This document shows, piece by piece, positions 1 to 9,549 of a stretch of DNA of 64,000 nucleotides. Within the stretch, counting starts at the first letter, position 1. Every line of letters starts with the position of its first letter. Under the pieces are notes generated by a model. It saw only the letters and a program-made list of their open reading frames with translations, was not told the DNA's origin and searched no databases. Origin of the DNA: Terriglobia bacterium (GTDB taxonomy: Bacteria > Acidobacteriota > Polarisedimenticolia > Polarisedimenticolales > JAIQFR01); the NCBI GenBank assembly GCA_963748015.1, contig CAVVHE010000004.1, forward strand, positions 928,001 to 992,000, written 5' to 3'. A program made the translations under genes and the position numbers.

Positions 1-804
1 TTCCTCCTGGAACGTCCCGGCGCGGAGCGCTCGAGGATCGTGTCCCAGCTCTGCCGGCAAGGGGTCAGCTGCTTCGTGCTCACGACCGGGCTCGTGCCGC
101 CTCCCGAGGTCCTCGAGGAGACCGAGCGTAACAGGGTCCCCCTCCTTCGCACCCCCCTGACGTCCTCGACCGTGATCGACCGGATCACCCGTTACCTCGA
201 GGACCGATTGGCACCCCGCGCCGTGATCCACGGCGTGCTCCTCGACGTTTACGGCCTCGGCGTGCTCCTCCTGGGAGACAGCGGGGTCGGGAAGAGCGAG
301 AGCGCGCTCGACCTCGTCGTCCGCGGGCACCGGCTGGTGTCCGACGACGTGGTGGAGATCCGGCGCCGCGGGGAGATCCTCATCGGCACCGGTCCGGAGC
401 TGACCCGCTACCACATGGAGCTTCGCGGCGTCGGGATCATCAACGTCAAGGATCTCTTCGGCGTCGCCTCGGTCCGCCTCTCGAAGTTCGTCGAGCTCGT
501 GATCCAGCTCGACGTCTGGAAGCCGGGGAAGAAGTACGAGCGCCTCGGGCTCGACGAGAAGGGTTACGAGATCCTGGGGGTCTCGCTGGCGTACGTCGAG
601 ATGCCGGTCGGGCCGGGGCGGAACCTCTCGGTGCTGATCGAGGTCGCGGCCCGCAACCACCTGCTCAAGCTGAAGGGCTACCATCCCGCACGGCAGCTCG
701 CGAGGCGCCTCGGCGAGAGGCTGCAGTCCGCGCCCGAGCAGGGCGACCCGGAAGAGGAGAGGGGCTCCGATCCCGGCCGCGAGCCCGGGGACGGGGAGGC
801 CTGA
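1..804 (+). CDS. hprK: HPr kinase/phosphorylase (5' end outside window)
   Basis: HGVLLDVYGLGVLLLGDSGVGKSE Walker A, GHRLVSDD, ELRGVGII, PGRNL motifs; frame open from base 1. Confidence 0.95.
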   Translation, partial: FLLERPGAERSRIVSQLCRQGVSCFVLTTGLVPPPEVLEETERNRVPLLRTPLTSSTVIDRITRYLEDRLAPRAVIHGVLLDVYGLGVLLLGDSGVGKSESALDLVVRGHRLVSDDVVEIRRRGEILIGTGPELTRYHMELRGVGIINVKDLFGVASVRLSKFVELVIQLDVWKPGKKYERLGLDEKGYEILGVSLAYVEMPVGPGRNLSVLIEVAARNHLLKLKGYHPARQLARRLGERLQSAPEQGDPEEERGSDPGREPGDGEA

Positions 805-806
805 GC

Positions 807-1670
807 ATGGAGCGGTTCCTGGCCATCACGGGCCTATCGGGCTCGGGCAAGACCCTCGCCATGAGGGCGCTCGAGGACCTCGATTTCTACTGCGTGGACA
901 ACCTCCCGGTCGCGCTGATCCCTCCGTTCTACGATCTGATCAAGAGGAGCGGCGGTTCGATCCGGCGGGCGGCGATCGTCATCGACGTCCGCGAGCGGGT
1001 GTTTCTCGACCAGTTCCCGGAAATGATGGAGCGCCTGCGCTCGAGCGGCGCGCCGGTGATGCTGATCTTCCTCGAGTGCTCCGACGACGTGCTCAAGCGA
1101 AGGTTCAGCGAGAGCCGGCGGCCGCACCCGATGATGGGAACAGCCGGGACCCTCGAGGAGGCGATCGGGCGGGAGCGCGCCGCCCTTCAGCCTCTCCGGG
1201 ACATCGCCGACCGGATCATCGACACGTCTCAATTCACCGCGCACGAGATACGGACGTTCTTGAAGAACGCGTTCCAGGCCCACTCGGCCGGCCGCGGCCT
1301 CAACGTGCACGTGGTTTCGTTCGGCTTCAAGTACGGCGTTCCGGCCGCCGCGGATCTGGTGTTCGACGTCCGGTTCCTCCCCAACCCGTTCTTCGTGGAG
1401 GGGCTGCGGCCGCTTCCCGGAACCTCGCCGGAGGTGAGGGCGTTCCTCGATTCCAGGGAGGAGACCCGCGCGTTCATGAAGCGGCTCGAGGAGTTCATGC
1501 AGTTCCTCCTGCCGTTCTACGCGGCGGAGGGGAAGAGCTACCTCACCGTCAGCCTCGGCTGCACCGGCGGGAAGCACCGGTCCGTGGCCCTTGCCGAGGA
1601 GCTCGGCGAGCGCCTCGGCCGGCACGGCGTTCCGGTCTCGGTCTCGCACCGGGACCTCGGGCGCGAGTAA
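807..1670 (+). CDS. rapZ: RNase adapter/P-loop NTPase RapZ (YvcJ/YhbJ family)
   Basis: ITGLSGSGKT, CVDNLP, SRRPHP, SFGFKYG, DVRFLPNP, GCTGGKHRSV. Confidence 0.95.
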   Translation: MERFLAITGLSGSGKTLAMRALEDLDFYCVDNLPVALIPPFYDLIKRSGGSIRRAAIVIDVRERVFLDQFPEMMERLRSSGAPVMLIFLECSDDVLKRRFSESRRPHPMMGTAGTLEEAIGRERAALQPLRDIADRIIDTSQFTAHEIRTFLKNAFQAHSAGRGLNVHVVSFGFKYGVPAAADLVFDVRFLPNPFFVEGLRPLPGTSPEVRAFLDSREETRAFMKRLEEFMQFLLPFYAAEGKSYLTVSLGCTGGKHRSVALAEELGERLGRHGVPVSVSHRDLGRE

Positions 1671-1787
1671 CAAAGTAAGATAGGTCGGGACGAGCCCTGC
1701 CCGGCCGTTGTGGACGGAGCGGGGCATGCGGAGCGGCTGCCGCCGCGCGGCGGTGGCCGGGCCGGGGGCGAGGGAGGAAGCCGGGGC

Positions 1788-2216
1788 ATGCCGGGACTTC
1801 TGGTGGTCACCCACGGGAAGGTCGCGGAGGAGCTGGTCAAGGCGGCCAAGACGATCGTCGGACCGCTCGACGCCCTCGAGGCGGTGTCGATCGGATGGGA
1901 CGACGACGTGGCCGAAGCCCGGGAGCGGATCCAGGAGGCGGTCAAGCGGGTCGGCCGAGGCTCGGGCGCCCTGATCCTGACCGACATGTTCGGCGGAACG
2001 CCGACGAACATCGCCCTCTCGCTTCTCGAACCGGGCAAGGTGGAGGTGATCACCGGGGTCAACCTCCCGATGCTGATCAAGTTCACGAACCTCCGGGACG
2101 AGATCTCCTTCCCGGAGATCGCGCGCCGGATCGCGGAGCAGGGGCGGCGCGCCATCCACGTCGCGTCCGAGTTACTGGAGGGGCAGGCCGAGCGCGCCCC
2201 GGGAGATGACGCGTGA
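1788..2216 (+). CDS. PTS EIIA component, mannose/fructose family
   Basis: LLVVTHG, TDMFGGTPTN, ITGVNLPML; ATG 1788 after GGAGG. Confidence 0.9.
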   Translation: MPGLLVVTHGKVAEELVKAAKTIVGPLDALEAVSIGWDDDVAEARERIQEAVKRVGRGSGALILTDMFGGTPTNIALSLLEPGKVEVITGVNLPMLIKFTNLRDEISFPEIARRIAEQGRRAIHVASELLEGQAERAPGDDA

Positions 2217-2482
2217 CCGAGAACGAAGTTCAGGTGCAGAACCGTCTGGGCCTCCACGCGCGGGCGGCGGCGCGCTTCGTCCATCTGGCCAACCGGTTCT
2301 CTTCGCGGATCACCGTGGTCAAGGACGGGACGCGGGTGGACGGCAAGAGCATCCTCGGCCTGCTGACCCTCGCCGCGGCGAAGGGCACGCGGCTGCGCCT
2401 CGCCGCGGACGGCGAGGACGAGCGGGAAGCGGTCGACAATCTCGTCGACCTCGTTCGCAACCGCTTCGGCGAGGAAGACTGA
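2213..2482 (+). CDS. ptsH: Phosphocarrier protein HPr
   Basis: GLHARAA (His15) and DGKSILG (Ser46). Confidence 0.95.
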   Translation: MTENEVQVQNRLGLHARAAARFVHLANRFSSRITVVKDGTRVDGKSILGLLTLAAAKGTRLRLAADGEDEREAVDNLVDLVRNRFGEED

Positions 2483-4168
2483 ATGGGCCGCCGGTTCACC
2501 GGCATCGGGGTCTCCTCGGGGACGGCCGTCGGCCGCGCGATGGTGATCGCCCCGGACTCCTCGCCGGTGGTTCCGGTTCCGGTGCCCCCGGACCAGGTGG
2601 ACGAGGAGGTCGCTCGCTTCCAGAGCGCGCGCGAGCGCGCCCGCCGCGAGCTTCGAGAGCTCAAGGTGCGCATGCTCCGCGTCCTCGGCGAGGCCTACGC
2701 CGGTATCCTCGAGGCGCAGCTGCTGATCCTCGACGACGCCAGCCTGGTCGGAGAGACCGTCGAGAAGATCCGGGCAGAGCGGGTCTCCGCGTCCTGGGCG
2801 CTCAAGGAAGTCGTCCACGCGTTCATGCGGCGGTTCGACTCGATCGACGACGGGTATCTTCGCGAGCGCGGCGGCGACCTCGCGGACGTGCACCGGCGCC
2901 TCCAGCGGCTCCTCCGGGGGAACGAGGGGAGCGCGGCCGCCGTCCCCGAAGGACCGATCGTGGTGGTCGCGCACAGCCTCGGACCCTCGGACACGATGGT
3001 GCTCGCGAGGCAGGGAATCGTGGGTCTCGCGACCGACATGGGCGGTCGCACCTCCCACACCGCGATTCTCGCGCAGGCGCTCTCGCTGCCGGCGGTCGTG
3101 GGACTCCACGACCTGAGCCTCAACGTCCGTCCGGGCGATCTGGTGGCGATCGACGGCGAGGCGGGCACGGTGGACCTCGCTCCGCGCGAGGACGAGGTGG
3201 ATCGCGTGAGGGCCCGCGGCGAGGCATGGAAGGCCCGCGAAGCCGCCATGTTCGCCGACCGCGATCTCCCGGCAGTCACGAAGGACGGCGTCGAGATCAC
3301 GCTCCGCGCGAACGTCGAGTTTCCCCAGGAGGTGGCCGCGGCCGTCCGGTACGGCGCGCGAGGAATCGGCCTCTACCGATCGGAGTTCCTCTTCCTGAGC
3401 CACGCCCCCGAGTTCCCCAGCGAGGAGGAGCACTTCCGAACGTACCTCGAGCTCGCCGAGAAGGTCGCCCCGCATCCCGCGGTCATCCGCACGCTCGACC
3501 TCGGCGGGGAGAAGTACTTCCACGAGGTGCTCGACCGGCAGGAGACCAACCCGGTGCTGGGACTGCGCGCGGTGAGGTTCTGCCTGACCCGGCCGGACAT
3601 CTTCCGCCCCCAGCTCCGCGGGCTGCTCCGCGCGGCGACCCGCGCGGACGTCCGCATCATGGTCCCGCTCGTGACCACGGTCGCCGAGGTCCGGCAGGTG
3701 AAGAAGATCCTGGTCGAGGAAGCCGCGCTCCTCACCGCCAAGGGGATCGACTGCCGCCCCGACGTCCCGGTCGGGATCATGGTCGAGGTCCCGGCTGCGG
3801 CGGCGACCGCCGACCTGCTCGCGAAGGAGGCCGCGTTCTTCAGCCTCGGGACCAACGACCTGATCCAGTACGCGCTCGCGGTGGATCGCGGGAACGAGTC
3901 GGTGGCCTACCTCTACCAGCCGCTCCACCCGGCCGTCCTTCGCATGCTCCGCTTCGTGGTGCAGGCGGGACGGGCCGGCGGTCTCGCGGTGTCCATCTGC
4001 GGCGAGATGGCGGCGGATCTCTCGCTGACCGAGATGCTCGTCGGCCTCGGCTTCCGCGAGCTCTCCGTGCAGCCGCGCGCGATCGCCGCGATCCGCGAGA
4101 CCATCCGGCGGCTCGACGCCGGGCGGGCCGAAGGCGTCGCGGCGGCGGCCCTCGACGAGGGCGCGTAA
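2483..4168 (+). CDS. ptsI: PTS enzyme I (PEP-protein phosphotransferase)
   Basis: GGRTSHTAI phospho-His, GIGLYRSEF, IRTLDLGG, SLGTNDLIQY, CGEMA. Confidence 0.95.
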   Translation: MGRRFTGIGVSSGTAVGRAMVIAPDSSPVVPVPVPPDQVDEEVARFQSARERARRELRELKVRMLRVLGEAYAGILEAQLLILDDASLVGETVEKIRAERVSASWALKEVVHAFMRRFDSIDDGYLRERGGDLADVHRRLQRLLRGNEGSAAAVPEGPIVVVAHSLGPSDTMVLARQGIVGLATDMGGRTSHTAILAQALSLPAVVGLHDLSLNVRPGDLVAIDGEAGTVDLAPREDEVDRVRARGEAWKAREAAMFADRDLPAVTKDGVEITLRANVEFPQEVAAAVRYGARGIGLYRSEFLFLSHAPEFPSEEEHFRTYLELAEKVAPHPAVIRTLDLGGEKYFHEVLDRQETNPVLGLRAVRFCLTRPDIFRPQLRGLLRAATRADVRIMVPLVTTVAEVRQVKKILVEEAALLTAKGIDCRPDVPVGIMVEVPAAAATADLLAKEAAFFSLGTNDLIQYALAVDRGNESVAYLYQPLHPAVLRMLRFVVQAGRAGGLAVSICGEMAADLSLTEMLVGLGFRELSVQPRAIAAIRETIRRLDAGRAEGVAAAALDEGA

Positions 4169-4246
4169 CGGGGGAACGACCGGGAGACCGGTCTGTACGA
4201 CGGGCTTCCTTCCTAGGCCGCCGAGGCGAGCCAGGAGGTTACGACG

Positions 4247-4621
4247 ATGGGTCCGGAGCGGGTGGAAAAGCCGTGGGGATACGAATTGCGGTTCGCCAGG
4301 ACCCCGCGCTACGCCGGGAAGGTGCTGTTCGTCCGGGCGGGGCGGCAGCTCAGTCTCCAGCTCCACCGGCGGAAGGACGAGGCGTTCCTCGTGCACGAGG
4401 GGACGCTCGAGCTCGTGCTGGGGCAGGGGAGCGAGCAGCGGGTGGTGCGCATGGGGACCGGCGAGGCGGCCCACATCGAGCCGGGAACCGTCCATCGCTT
4501 CCGTGCCGTGACGGACTGCCTCCTCTTCGAGGTATCGACTCCGGAGCTTGAGGACGTGGTGAGGATCGAGGACGACTTCGGGCGCGCGGGCACGGGGGAC
4601 CATCCCGCGGACCGGACTTGA
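4247..4621 (+). CDS. Cupin-domain protein (mannose-6-phosphate isomerase-like)
   Basis: [38 protein letters not shown]. Confidence 0.8.
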   Translation: MGPERVEKPWGYELRFARTPRYAGKVLFVRAGRQLSLQLHRRKDEAFLVHEGTLELVLGQGSEQRVVRMGTGEAAHIEPGTVHRFRAVTDCLLFEVSTPELEDVVRIEDDFGRAGTGDHPADRT

Positions 4622-4632
4622 GGGAGGCCGCC

Positions 4633-5313
4633 GTGGCGGAGATCCCGGACAAGCCGTTCTACAAGATCGGAGAGGTCTGTCAGTACACCGACACCCAGCC
4701 CTACGTTCTTCGGTTCTGGGAAAGCGAGTTCCCGCGTCTCGCACCCCAGAAGAGCCGGAGCGGGCAGCGCATGTACACCCGGCGCGACATCGATCTCGTC
4801 CTGAGGATCAAGGAGCTCCTGTACGAGGAGGAGTTCACGATCGCCGGCGCGCGCAAGAAGATGGAGCAGGAGGAGTCTGGGGAGAGCGGCGACGCCCCGG
4901 CGCCGGAGAGGGAACGGCCCGCCCCCGAGGCGGCGCCGCCGGAGCAGGCTCCCGCGCCGGAGGGGTCATCGCCCGAAGAGCACGCGGCGCCCCTCCTTTT
5001 CGAGGAAGCCCTGCCGCCTTCCGCCGTCGAGCCGCCCCCCCAGCCTGCCGCTCCGTCCCCCGCGGAACGAGCGCGAGCCGTGATCGCCGAGACGGAGATC
5101 GGAGCGCTGCGGAAGCGGATCGCCGATCTCGAGTCCCGCCAGGCCGCGCTGGCCGCGGCTCTCGAGGCGGCGGAGCAGGCGCGCCGCGGCGAGCGCGAGC
5201 GCCGGGAGCGCGTCGCGGAGAGGCTGGAGACGCTCCTCCACTCGCTTGAAAGCTCCCCGACGGGAGAGCCCGGCGACCGCGACGACCTTGACGGCCGCGC
5301 GGGCATCTCCTAG
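4633..5313 (+). CDS. MerR-family HTH regulator with Pro-rich linker and C-terminal coiled coil
   Basis: [35 protein letters not shown] 4633 after AGGGAGG; precedes tRNA-Pro as is common for this MerR subfamily. Confidence 0.85.
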   Translation: MAEIPDKPFYKIGEVCQYTDTQPYVLRFWESEFPRLAPQKSRSGQRMYTRRDIDLVLRIKELLYEEEFTIAGARKKMEQEESGESGDAPAPERERPAPEAAPPEQAPAPEGSSPEEHAAPLLFEEALPPSAVEPPPQPAAPSPAERARAVIAETEIGALRKRIADLESRQAALAAALEAAEQARRGERERRERVAERLETLLHSLESSPTGEPGDRDDLDGRAGIS

Positions 5314-5424
5314 CATCGGAGCGCTTCTCCACCGGGACCGCCGAACGCCTTCGCGCCAAGCGGCTTTCCGGGACCCCTGGGGAAGTGGCGGCAAGGCCGC
5401 CGGTTGTCTTCGGCAGGGCCGGGT

Positions 5425-5501
5425 CGGGGCGTGGCGCAGCCTGGTAGCGCACTTGCTTGGGGTGCAAGTGGTCGCTGGTTCAAATCCAGTCGCCCCGACC
5501 A
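5425..5501 (+). tRNA. tRNA-Pro (GGG)
   Basis: Acceptor CGGGGCG/CGCCCCG, anticodon stem CTTGC/GCAAG with loop TTGGGGT, TTCAAAT T-loop, encoded CCA. Confidence 0.95.
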
Positions 5502-5535
5502 AATTCCCTCCCGGGCCGGTGGGGAGCGCGCATCG

Positions 5536-6306
5536 GTGAAACGCGACCTGAAGCGTCCCTGCCTTCTGCTCACCAACGACGACGGCTACGACGCCCCCGG
5601 GCTCGCGGCGCTCGTCGGCGCGGTCGCGTCCCTCGGCGAGATCGTCGTCGTGGCGCCGGACCGCGAGAGGAGCGGCGCCGGGCACGCTTTGACGCTCGGC
5701 CGGCCGCTCCGGGTCTGGCAGACGGCGCCGGGACGGTACCGGGTGGACGGCACCCCGACCGATTGCGTGCACCTCGGCGTCTTCAACCTCACCGGCGGCC
5801 GCGCTCCCGATCTCGTGATCTCGGGGATCAACCGCGGACTCAACGTCGGAGACGACGTGACCTATTCGGGGACCGTCGCGGGAGCGCTCGAGGGGACCCT
5901 GCTCAACGTTCCGTCCCTTGCCTTCTCGGCCGCGAGGGACGAGGACGGGCGGGCCGACTACGCGGTCGCCGCCGCGTTCGCGCGGAGCCTCGCGGGGCGC
6001 GTCCTCCGCGACGGCCTCCCCGCGGGGGTCTTCCTGAACGTGAACGTGCCGCCCGGGGTCCCCGCGGGCGTCCGGATCACTCGCCAGGGGATGCGGTCCT
6101 ATCGGGCCGCGGTGGTGGAGCGGCTGGACCCTTCGGGGCGTCCCTACTACTGGATCGCGGGCGCCGACACGACGCCGTCCGGCGAGGCCGACGCCGATCA
6201 CACGGCGATTCGCGATGGCTTCGTCTCGGTCACCCCGTTGCACTCGAACCTCACCCACGCGCCCTCTCTCCCGGCGCTCCACTCGTGGGAATTGACCCTT
6301 CCCTGA
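5536..6306 (+). CDS. surE: 5'/3'-nucleotidase SurE
   Basis: LLTNDDG, GTPTDCV, SGINRGLN, YSGTVAGA, VSVTPL. Confidence 0.95.
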   Translation: MKRDLKRPCLLLTNDDGYDAPGLAALVGAVASLGEIVVVAPDRERSGAGHALTLGRPLRVWQTAPGRYRVDGTPTDCVHLGVFNLTGGRAPDLVISGINRGLNVGDDVTYSGTVAGALEGTLLNVPSLAFSAARDEDGRADYAVAAAFARSLAGRVLRDGLPAGVFLNVNVPPGVPAGVRITRQGMRSYRAAVVERLDPSGRPYYWIAGADTTPSGEADADHTAIRDGFVSVTPLHSNLTHAPSLPALHSWELTLP

Positions 6307-6313
6307 GCGACCG

Positions 6314-6973
6314 ATGAACGACGCCACCGGACGGCAGCGCATGGTGCGTTCCCTCGAGGCGCGGGGAATCAAGGACGCGCGCGTTCTCTCGGCGATGCGC
6401 GCGATCCCGCGCGAGCGGTTCGTGGACGAGGCGCTCCGCGGCGAGGCCTACGGCGACGCCGCCCTGCCGATCGGCGAGCAGCAGACGATCTCCCAGCCCT
6501 GGATCGTGGCGAGGATGAGCGAGCTGCTCGAGCCGGACGGCACCGGCCGCGCCCTGGAAATCGGGACGGGGTCCGGATACCACGCCGCGGTGCTCTCCCG
6601 CCTCTTCGAGCAGGTGTACTCGGTGGAGCGCCTGCCGTCTCTTTCGAGGCGCGCCCTGGAGACCGTCCGGGCGATCGGCATCGAGAACGTCCACTTCAAG
6701 ATCTTCGACGGCACCTACGGCTGGAGCGAGTTCGCGCCCTATCGCTCGATCGTCGTGACGGCCGGGGCCCCGGACGTGCCGGAGCCCCTCGTGGAGCAGC
6801 TCGAGGACGGCGGACGCCTCGTGCTCCCGGTCGGGGGAAACGGCGGGGGAGAGGGGGCCGGAGAGGACCAGGTGCTGGTCCGGGTGGTACGCCGGGGCAC
6901 GGAGGTGGTCCGCGAGGAGCACGGGCGCTGCCGGTTCGTGCCGCTCGTCGGGAAATTCGGCTGGTCGAGGTGA
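6314..6973 (+). CDS. pcm: Protein-L-isoaspartate O-methyltransferase
   Basis: QTISQP, LEIGTGSGY, GGRLVLPVG, FVPL; follows surE. Confidence 0.95.
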   Translation: MNDATGRQRMVRSLEARGIKDARVLSAMRAIPRERFVDEALRGEAYGDAALPIGEQQTISQPWIVARMSELLEPDGTGRALEIGTGSGYHAAVLSRLFEQVYSVERLPSLSRRALETVRAIGIENVHFKIFDGTYGWSEFAPYRSIVVTAGAPDVPEPLVEQLEDGGRLVLPVGGNGGGEGAGEDQVLVRVVRRGTEVVREEHGRCRFVPLVGKFGWSR

Positions 6974-6986
6974 TCGGAGCCCGCCA

Positions 6987-7015
6987 TTGCGCCGGCGGGG
7001 CCCGCCTGATAACAT
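6987..7015 (+). promoter_or_regulatory. Putative sigma70 promoter for tRNA-Pro(CGG)
   Basis: TTGCGC-N17-TAACAT just upstream of the tRNA. Confidence 0.5.
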
Positions 7016-7032
7016 TCGCCGGACTTCGAGGT

Positions 7033-7109
7033 CGGGGCGTAGCGCAGTCTGGTAGCGCACCTGGTTCGGGACCAGGGGGTCCCGCGTTCAAATCGCGGCG
7101 CCCCGACCA
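7033..7109 (+). tRNA. tRNA-Pro (CGG)
   Basis: Acceptor CGGGGCG/CGCCCCG, anticodon stem CCTGG/CCAGG with loop TTCGGGA, encoded CCA. Confidence 0.95.
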
Positions 7110-7171
7110 ACTCACTCCTCTCGTGCCGAAGAGGTCACCGCACGGAAGGCGCGGGTGAATCGAGGAAGTCC

Positions 7172-7468
7172 ATGAGTCGGACCGGGGGGGCGATCCCGCG
7201 GTCGGTCCGGGTGCGGATCGGCGGACGCGTTCAGGGAGTGGGATACCGATACTTCGCGGTCCGGGCGGCCGACGCGTGCGGGGTGACCGGGTTCGTTCGA
7301 AACCTCGATGACGGGTCCGTCGAGGTGAAGGCCAGGGGCGATCGGGAGGCCGTGGAGTCGTTCCTGGACACGCTCCGAATCGGCCCGAGAACGTGCCGGG
7401 TCCTGGAGTTCGACGTCTCGGAGTTCGAGGACCCGGAAGTATTTCGCGGTTTCGGGGTCCGGTACTGA
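7172..7468 (+). CDS. acyP: Acylphosphatase
   Basis: GRVQGVGYR and GFVRNLDDGSVEV. Confidence 0.92.
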   Translation: MSRTGGAIPRSVRVRIGGRVQGVGYRYFAVRAADACGVTGFVRNLDDGSVEVKARGDREAVESFLDTLRIGPRTCRVLEFDVSEFEDPEVFRGFGVRY

Positions 7469-7495
7469 CTCGGGACCCGGCGGCGGGGAGATTCG

Positions 7496-8020
7496 ATGCT
7501 GGTCGGCGACCTCAAGAAGGTCATTCGCGAGATCCCCGATTTCCCGAAGCCCGGGATCACGTTCTACGACCTCACGACGCTTTTCCGGAGCGCGACGGCC
7601 TTCCGGATAGCGACCGACAAGATGATCGAGCGCTACCGCGGCGAGAAGATCGACGCCATCGTCGGCATCGAGGCGAGGGGGTTCGTGGTCGCATCGGCGA
7701 TGGCGCGCGAGCTCGAGGCGGGTCTCGTCCTGGTGAGAAAGCCGGCGAAGCTCCCCGCGGAGGTCGAGTCCGAGGAGTACTCTCTCGAGTACGGCACCGG
7801 CCGGATCGAGGTCCACCGCGACGCGATCTCCGCGGGACAGCGCGTGCTGGTGGTGGACGACGTGCTCGCGACGGGCGGAACGGCCGCGGCGGCGGGCCGC
7901 CTCGTCGAGCGCCTCGGCGGGGTCGTGGAAGGGTTCGCTTTCATGGTGGAATTGGGTTTCCTGGAGGGGAGGAGGCTGCTCGGAGCCACCCCGGTTTTCA
8001 GCCTGATCCATTACGGTTAG
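7496..8020 (+). CDS. apt: Adenine phosphoribosyltransferase
   Basis: IPDFPKPGI, GIEARGF, YSLEYG, VVDDVLATGGT. Confidence 0.95.
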   Translation: MLVGDLKKVIREIPDFPKPGITFYDLTTLFRSATAFRIATDKMIERYRGEKIDAIVGIEARGFVVASAMARELEAGLVLVRKPAKLPAEVESEEYSLEYGTGRIEVHRDAISAGQRVLVVDDVLATGGTAAAAGRLVERLGGVVEGFAFMVELGFLEGRRLLGATPVFSLIHYG

Positions 8021-8051
8021 TGCGGCGCGGGGGCGCGCCGGTGAGTCACGA

Positions 8052-8129
8052 GGGCCTGTAGCTCAGTTTGGATAGAGCAGGAGTTTCCTAAACTCAAGGT
8101 CGGGGGTTCAAGTCCCTCCAGGCCCACCA
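8052..8129 (+). tRNA. tRNA-Arg (CCT)
   Basis: Acceptor GGGCCTG/CAGGCCC, anticodon loop TTCCTAA, TTCAAGT T-loop, encoded CCA. Confidence 0.93.
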
Positions 8130-8238
8130 TCCAAGCCAGGCGCGGCCGGGCATTCGGCACGCCGAGCCGAAGATGGGGTTTCCGGCGCGGGCCGCCGGGC
8201 GCCGGGCCGGACGAGGCGGTTGCGCCAGGAGCGATGGA

Positions 8239-8931
8239 ATGGCTGGCAGGATCTCGCGAAAGAGCATCAAGCACGACGAGTTCATCGAGGGCACGGTCGA
8301 GGCCGGCGTCTGGATCGAGAAACACTGGCGCACGGTGGCCGCGGGAGTGGGCGCGGCGCTGGCGCTCGTCCTGATCGTCGCGCTGTGGAGTTGGTGGAGC
8401 AGAGGGCGCGCGGAGGAGGTCGGTAAGCTCCTCGCCGAGGGAAGATACCTTTACTCGGGCCAGCAGACGCCGGCCGGCGCGGAGGGAGGCCGCTACTCGG
8501 AGGCGCTACCGCTCTTCGAGAAAGCGGCCCGGCTCGGCAAGAACACGCCGCGGGGGCAGGTCGCCGCCTTCTACCAGGGCGCGAGCCTGCTTCGCCTGGG
8601 GCGGACCGCCGAGGCGGTGCCGGTCCTCGAGGCGGTCGCGGGATCGGGCGCGGACCGGTCGATCACCGACTCCGCCCGAGCGATGCTGGCCGAGGCGTAC
8701 GCCAAGGCAGGCGACACCGACAAGGCGGCAGCCGCCTACAGGAAGCTCTCCGAGCAAACCGGCGGAGCGTTCCCGCCGGACCTGGCGCTGTTCCAGCTGG
8801 CCAAGGTGTACGAGGACCGCGGCCGGACCCAGGAGGCTCGTGGGGTCCTCCAGGAGATCCTGACGAAGTACCCGCAGGGTGCGGCCGCCCCGGACGCTCG
8901 AGCGCGTCTCGAGGGCAAGAAGCCTTCGTAG
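8239..8931 (+). CDS. YfgM-like single-pass membrane TPR protein
   Basis: MAGRISRKSIKHDEF, one TM helix, then TPR-like helices ending KYPQG. Confidence 0.7.
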   Translation: MAGRISRKSIKHDEFIEGTVEAGVWIEKHWRTVAAGVGAALALVLIVALWSWWSRGRAEEVGKLLAEGRYLYSGQQTPAGAEGGRYSEALPLFEKAARLGKNTPRGQVAAFYQGASLLRLGRTAEAVPVLEAVAGSGADRSITDSARAMLAEAYAKAGDTDKAAAAYRKLSEQTGGAFPPDLALFQLAKVYEDRGRTQEARGVLQEILTKYPQGAAAPDARARLEGKKPS

Positions 8932-8947
8932 CGCGACGGAAAGCTCC

Positions 8948-9370
8948 TCAGAACGGGACGTCGTCCTCGCCGTAGCCGCCGCCTCCCGGCTCGGCGACTT
9001 CCTCGATCGCGGCCGCCGCGGTCGTCCCCTGACGTTCCTCGGGACGCCCGAGCAGCTGGACTCGCTGGGCCCGGACCTCGGTGGTCTGCCGCTTGGCTCC
9101 CTCGCGGTCGGTCCACTCCTTGGTCTGGAGCGATCCCTCGATGTAGACCTGGCGTCCCTTGCGCAGGTACTGGGAGACGATCTCCGCCTGCTTGCCCCAG
9201 ACCACTATCCGGTGCCACTCGGTCCGTTCCTTCTTCTCGCCTGAAGGATCGGTCCACCGATCGGACGTCGCCATCGTGAAATGCGCCACCGGAGTCCCGC
9301 TCTGCGTGTAGCGGGTCTCGGGGTCGCGACCGAGGTTGCCGATCAGGATGACCTTGTTCACGCTGGCCAT
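8948..9370 (-). CDS. ssb: Single-stranded DNA-binding protein
   Basis: [26 protein letters not shown]-terminal DDVPF. Confidence 0.97.
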   Translation of the reverse strand: MASVNKVILIGNLGRDPETRYTQSGTPVAHFTMATSDRWTDPSGEKKERTEWHRIVVWGKQAEIVSQYLRKGRQVYIEGSLQTKEWTDREGAKRQTTEVRAQRVQLLGRPEERQGTTAAAAIEEVAEPGGGGYGEDDVPF

Positions 9371-9473
9371 GTCGCTCTCCTTGCCGGCCGCGATGCCGCG
9401 GCGCATGGGGTGAGGAGGCGGTCCGGAACCGTCGAGGCGCGCGCCGCTTGCGGCCTCGGCCCCGCGCCGGCGA

Positions 9474-9537
9474 ACTCTACCACAGGCGACCTCGCCGTCA
9501 AGCCACCCTTGAGCGCCGCGGGCGCTTCTGCGACAAT
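9474..9537. promoter_or_regulatory. Back-to-back sigma70-type promoters for ssb (-) and murJ (+)
   Basis: Minus: TTGACG-N16-TAGAGT with TGn extended -10. Plus: TTGAGC-N17-GACAAT with TGn. Confidence 0.45.
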
Positions 9538-9549
9538 CGCGCGGCCGCG

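Noticed and set aside
5425..8129. tRNA-anchored genomic island
   Set aside because: The two similar tRNA-Pro genes are complete, distinct isoacceptors. The intervening genes are core and I saw no truncated 3' duplicate.
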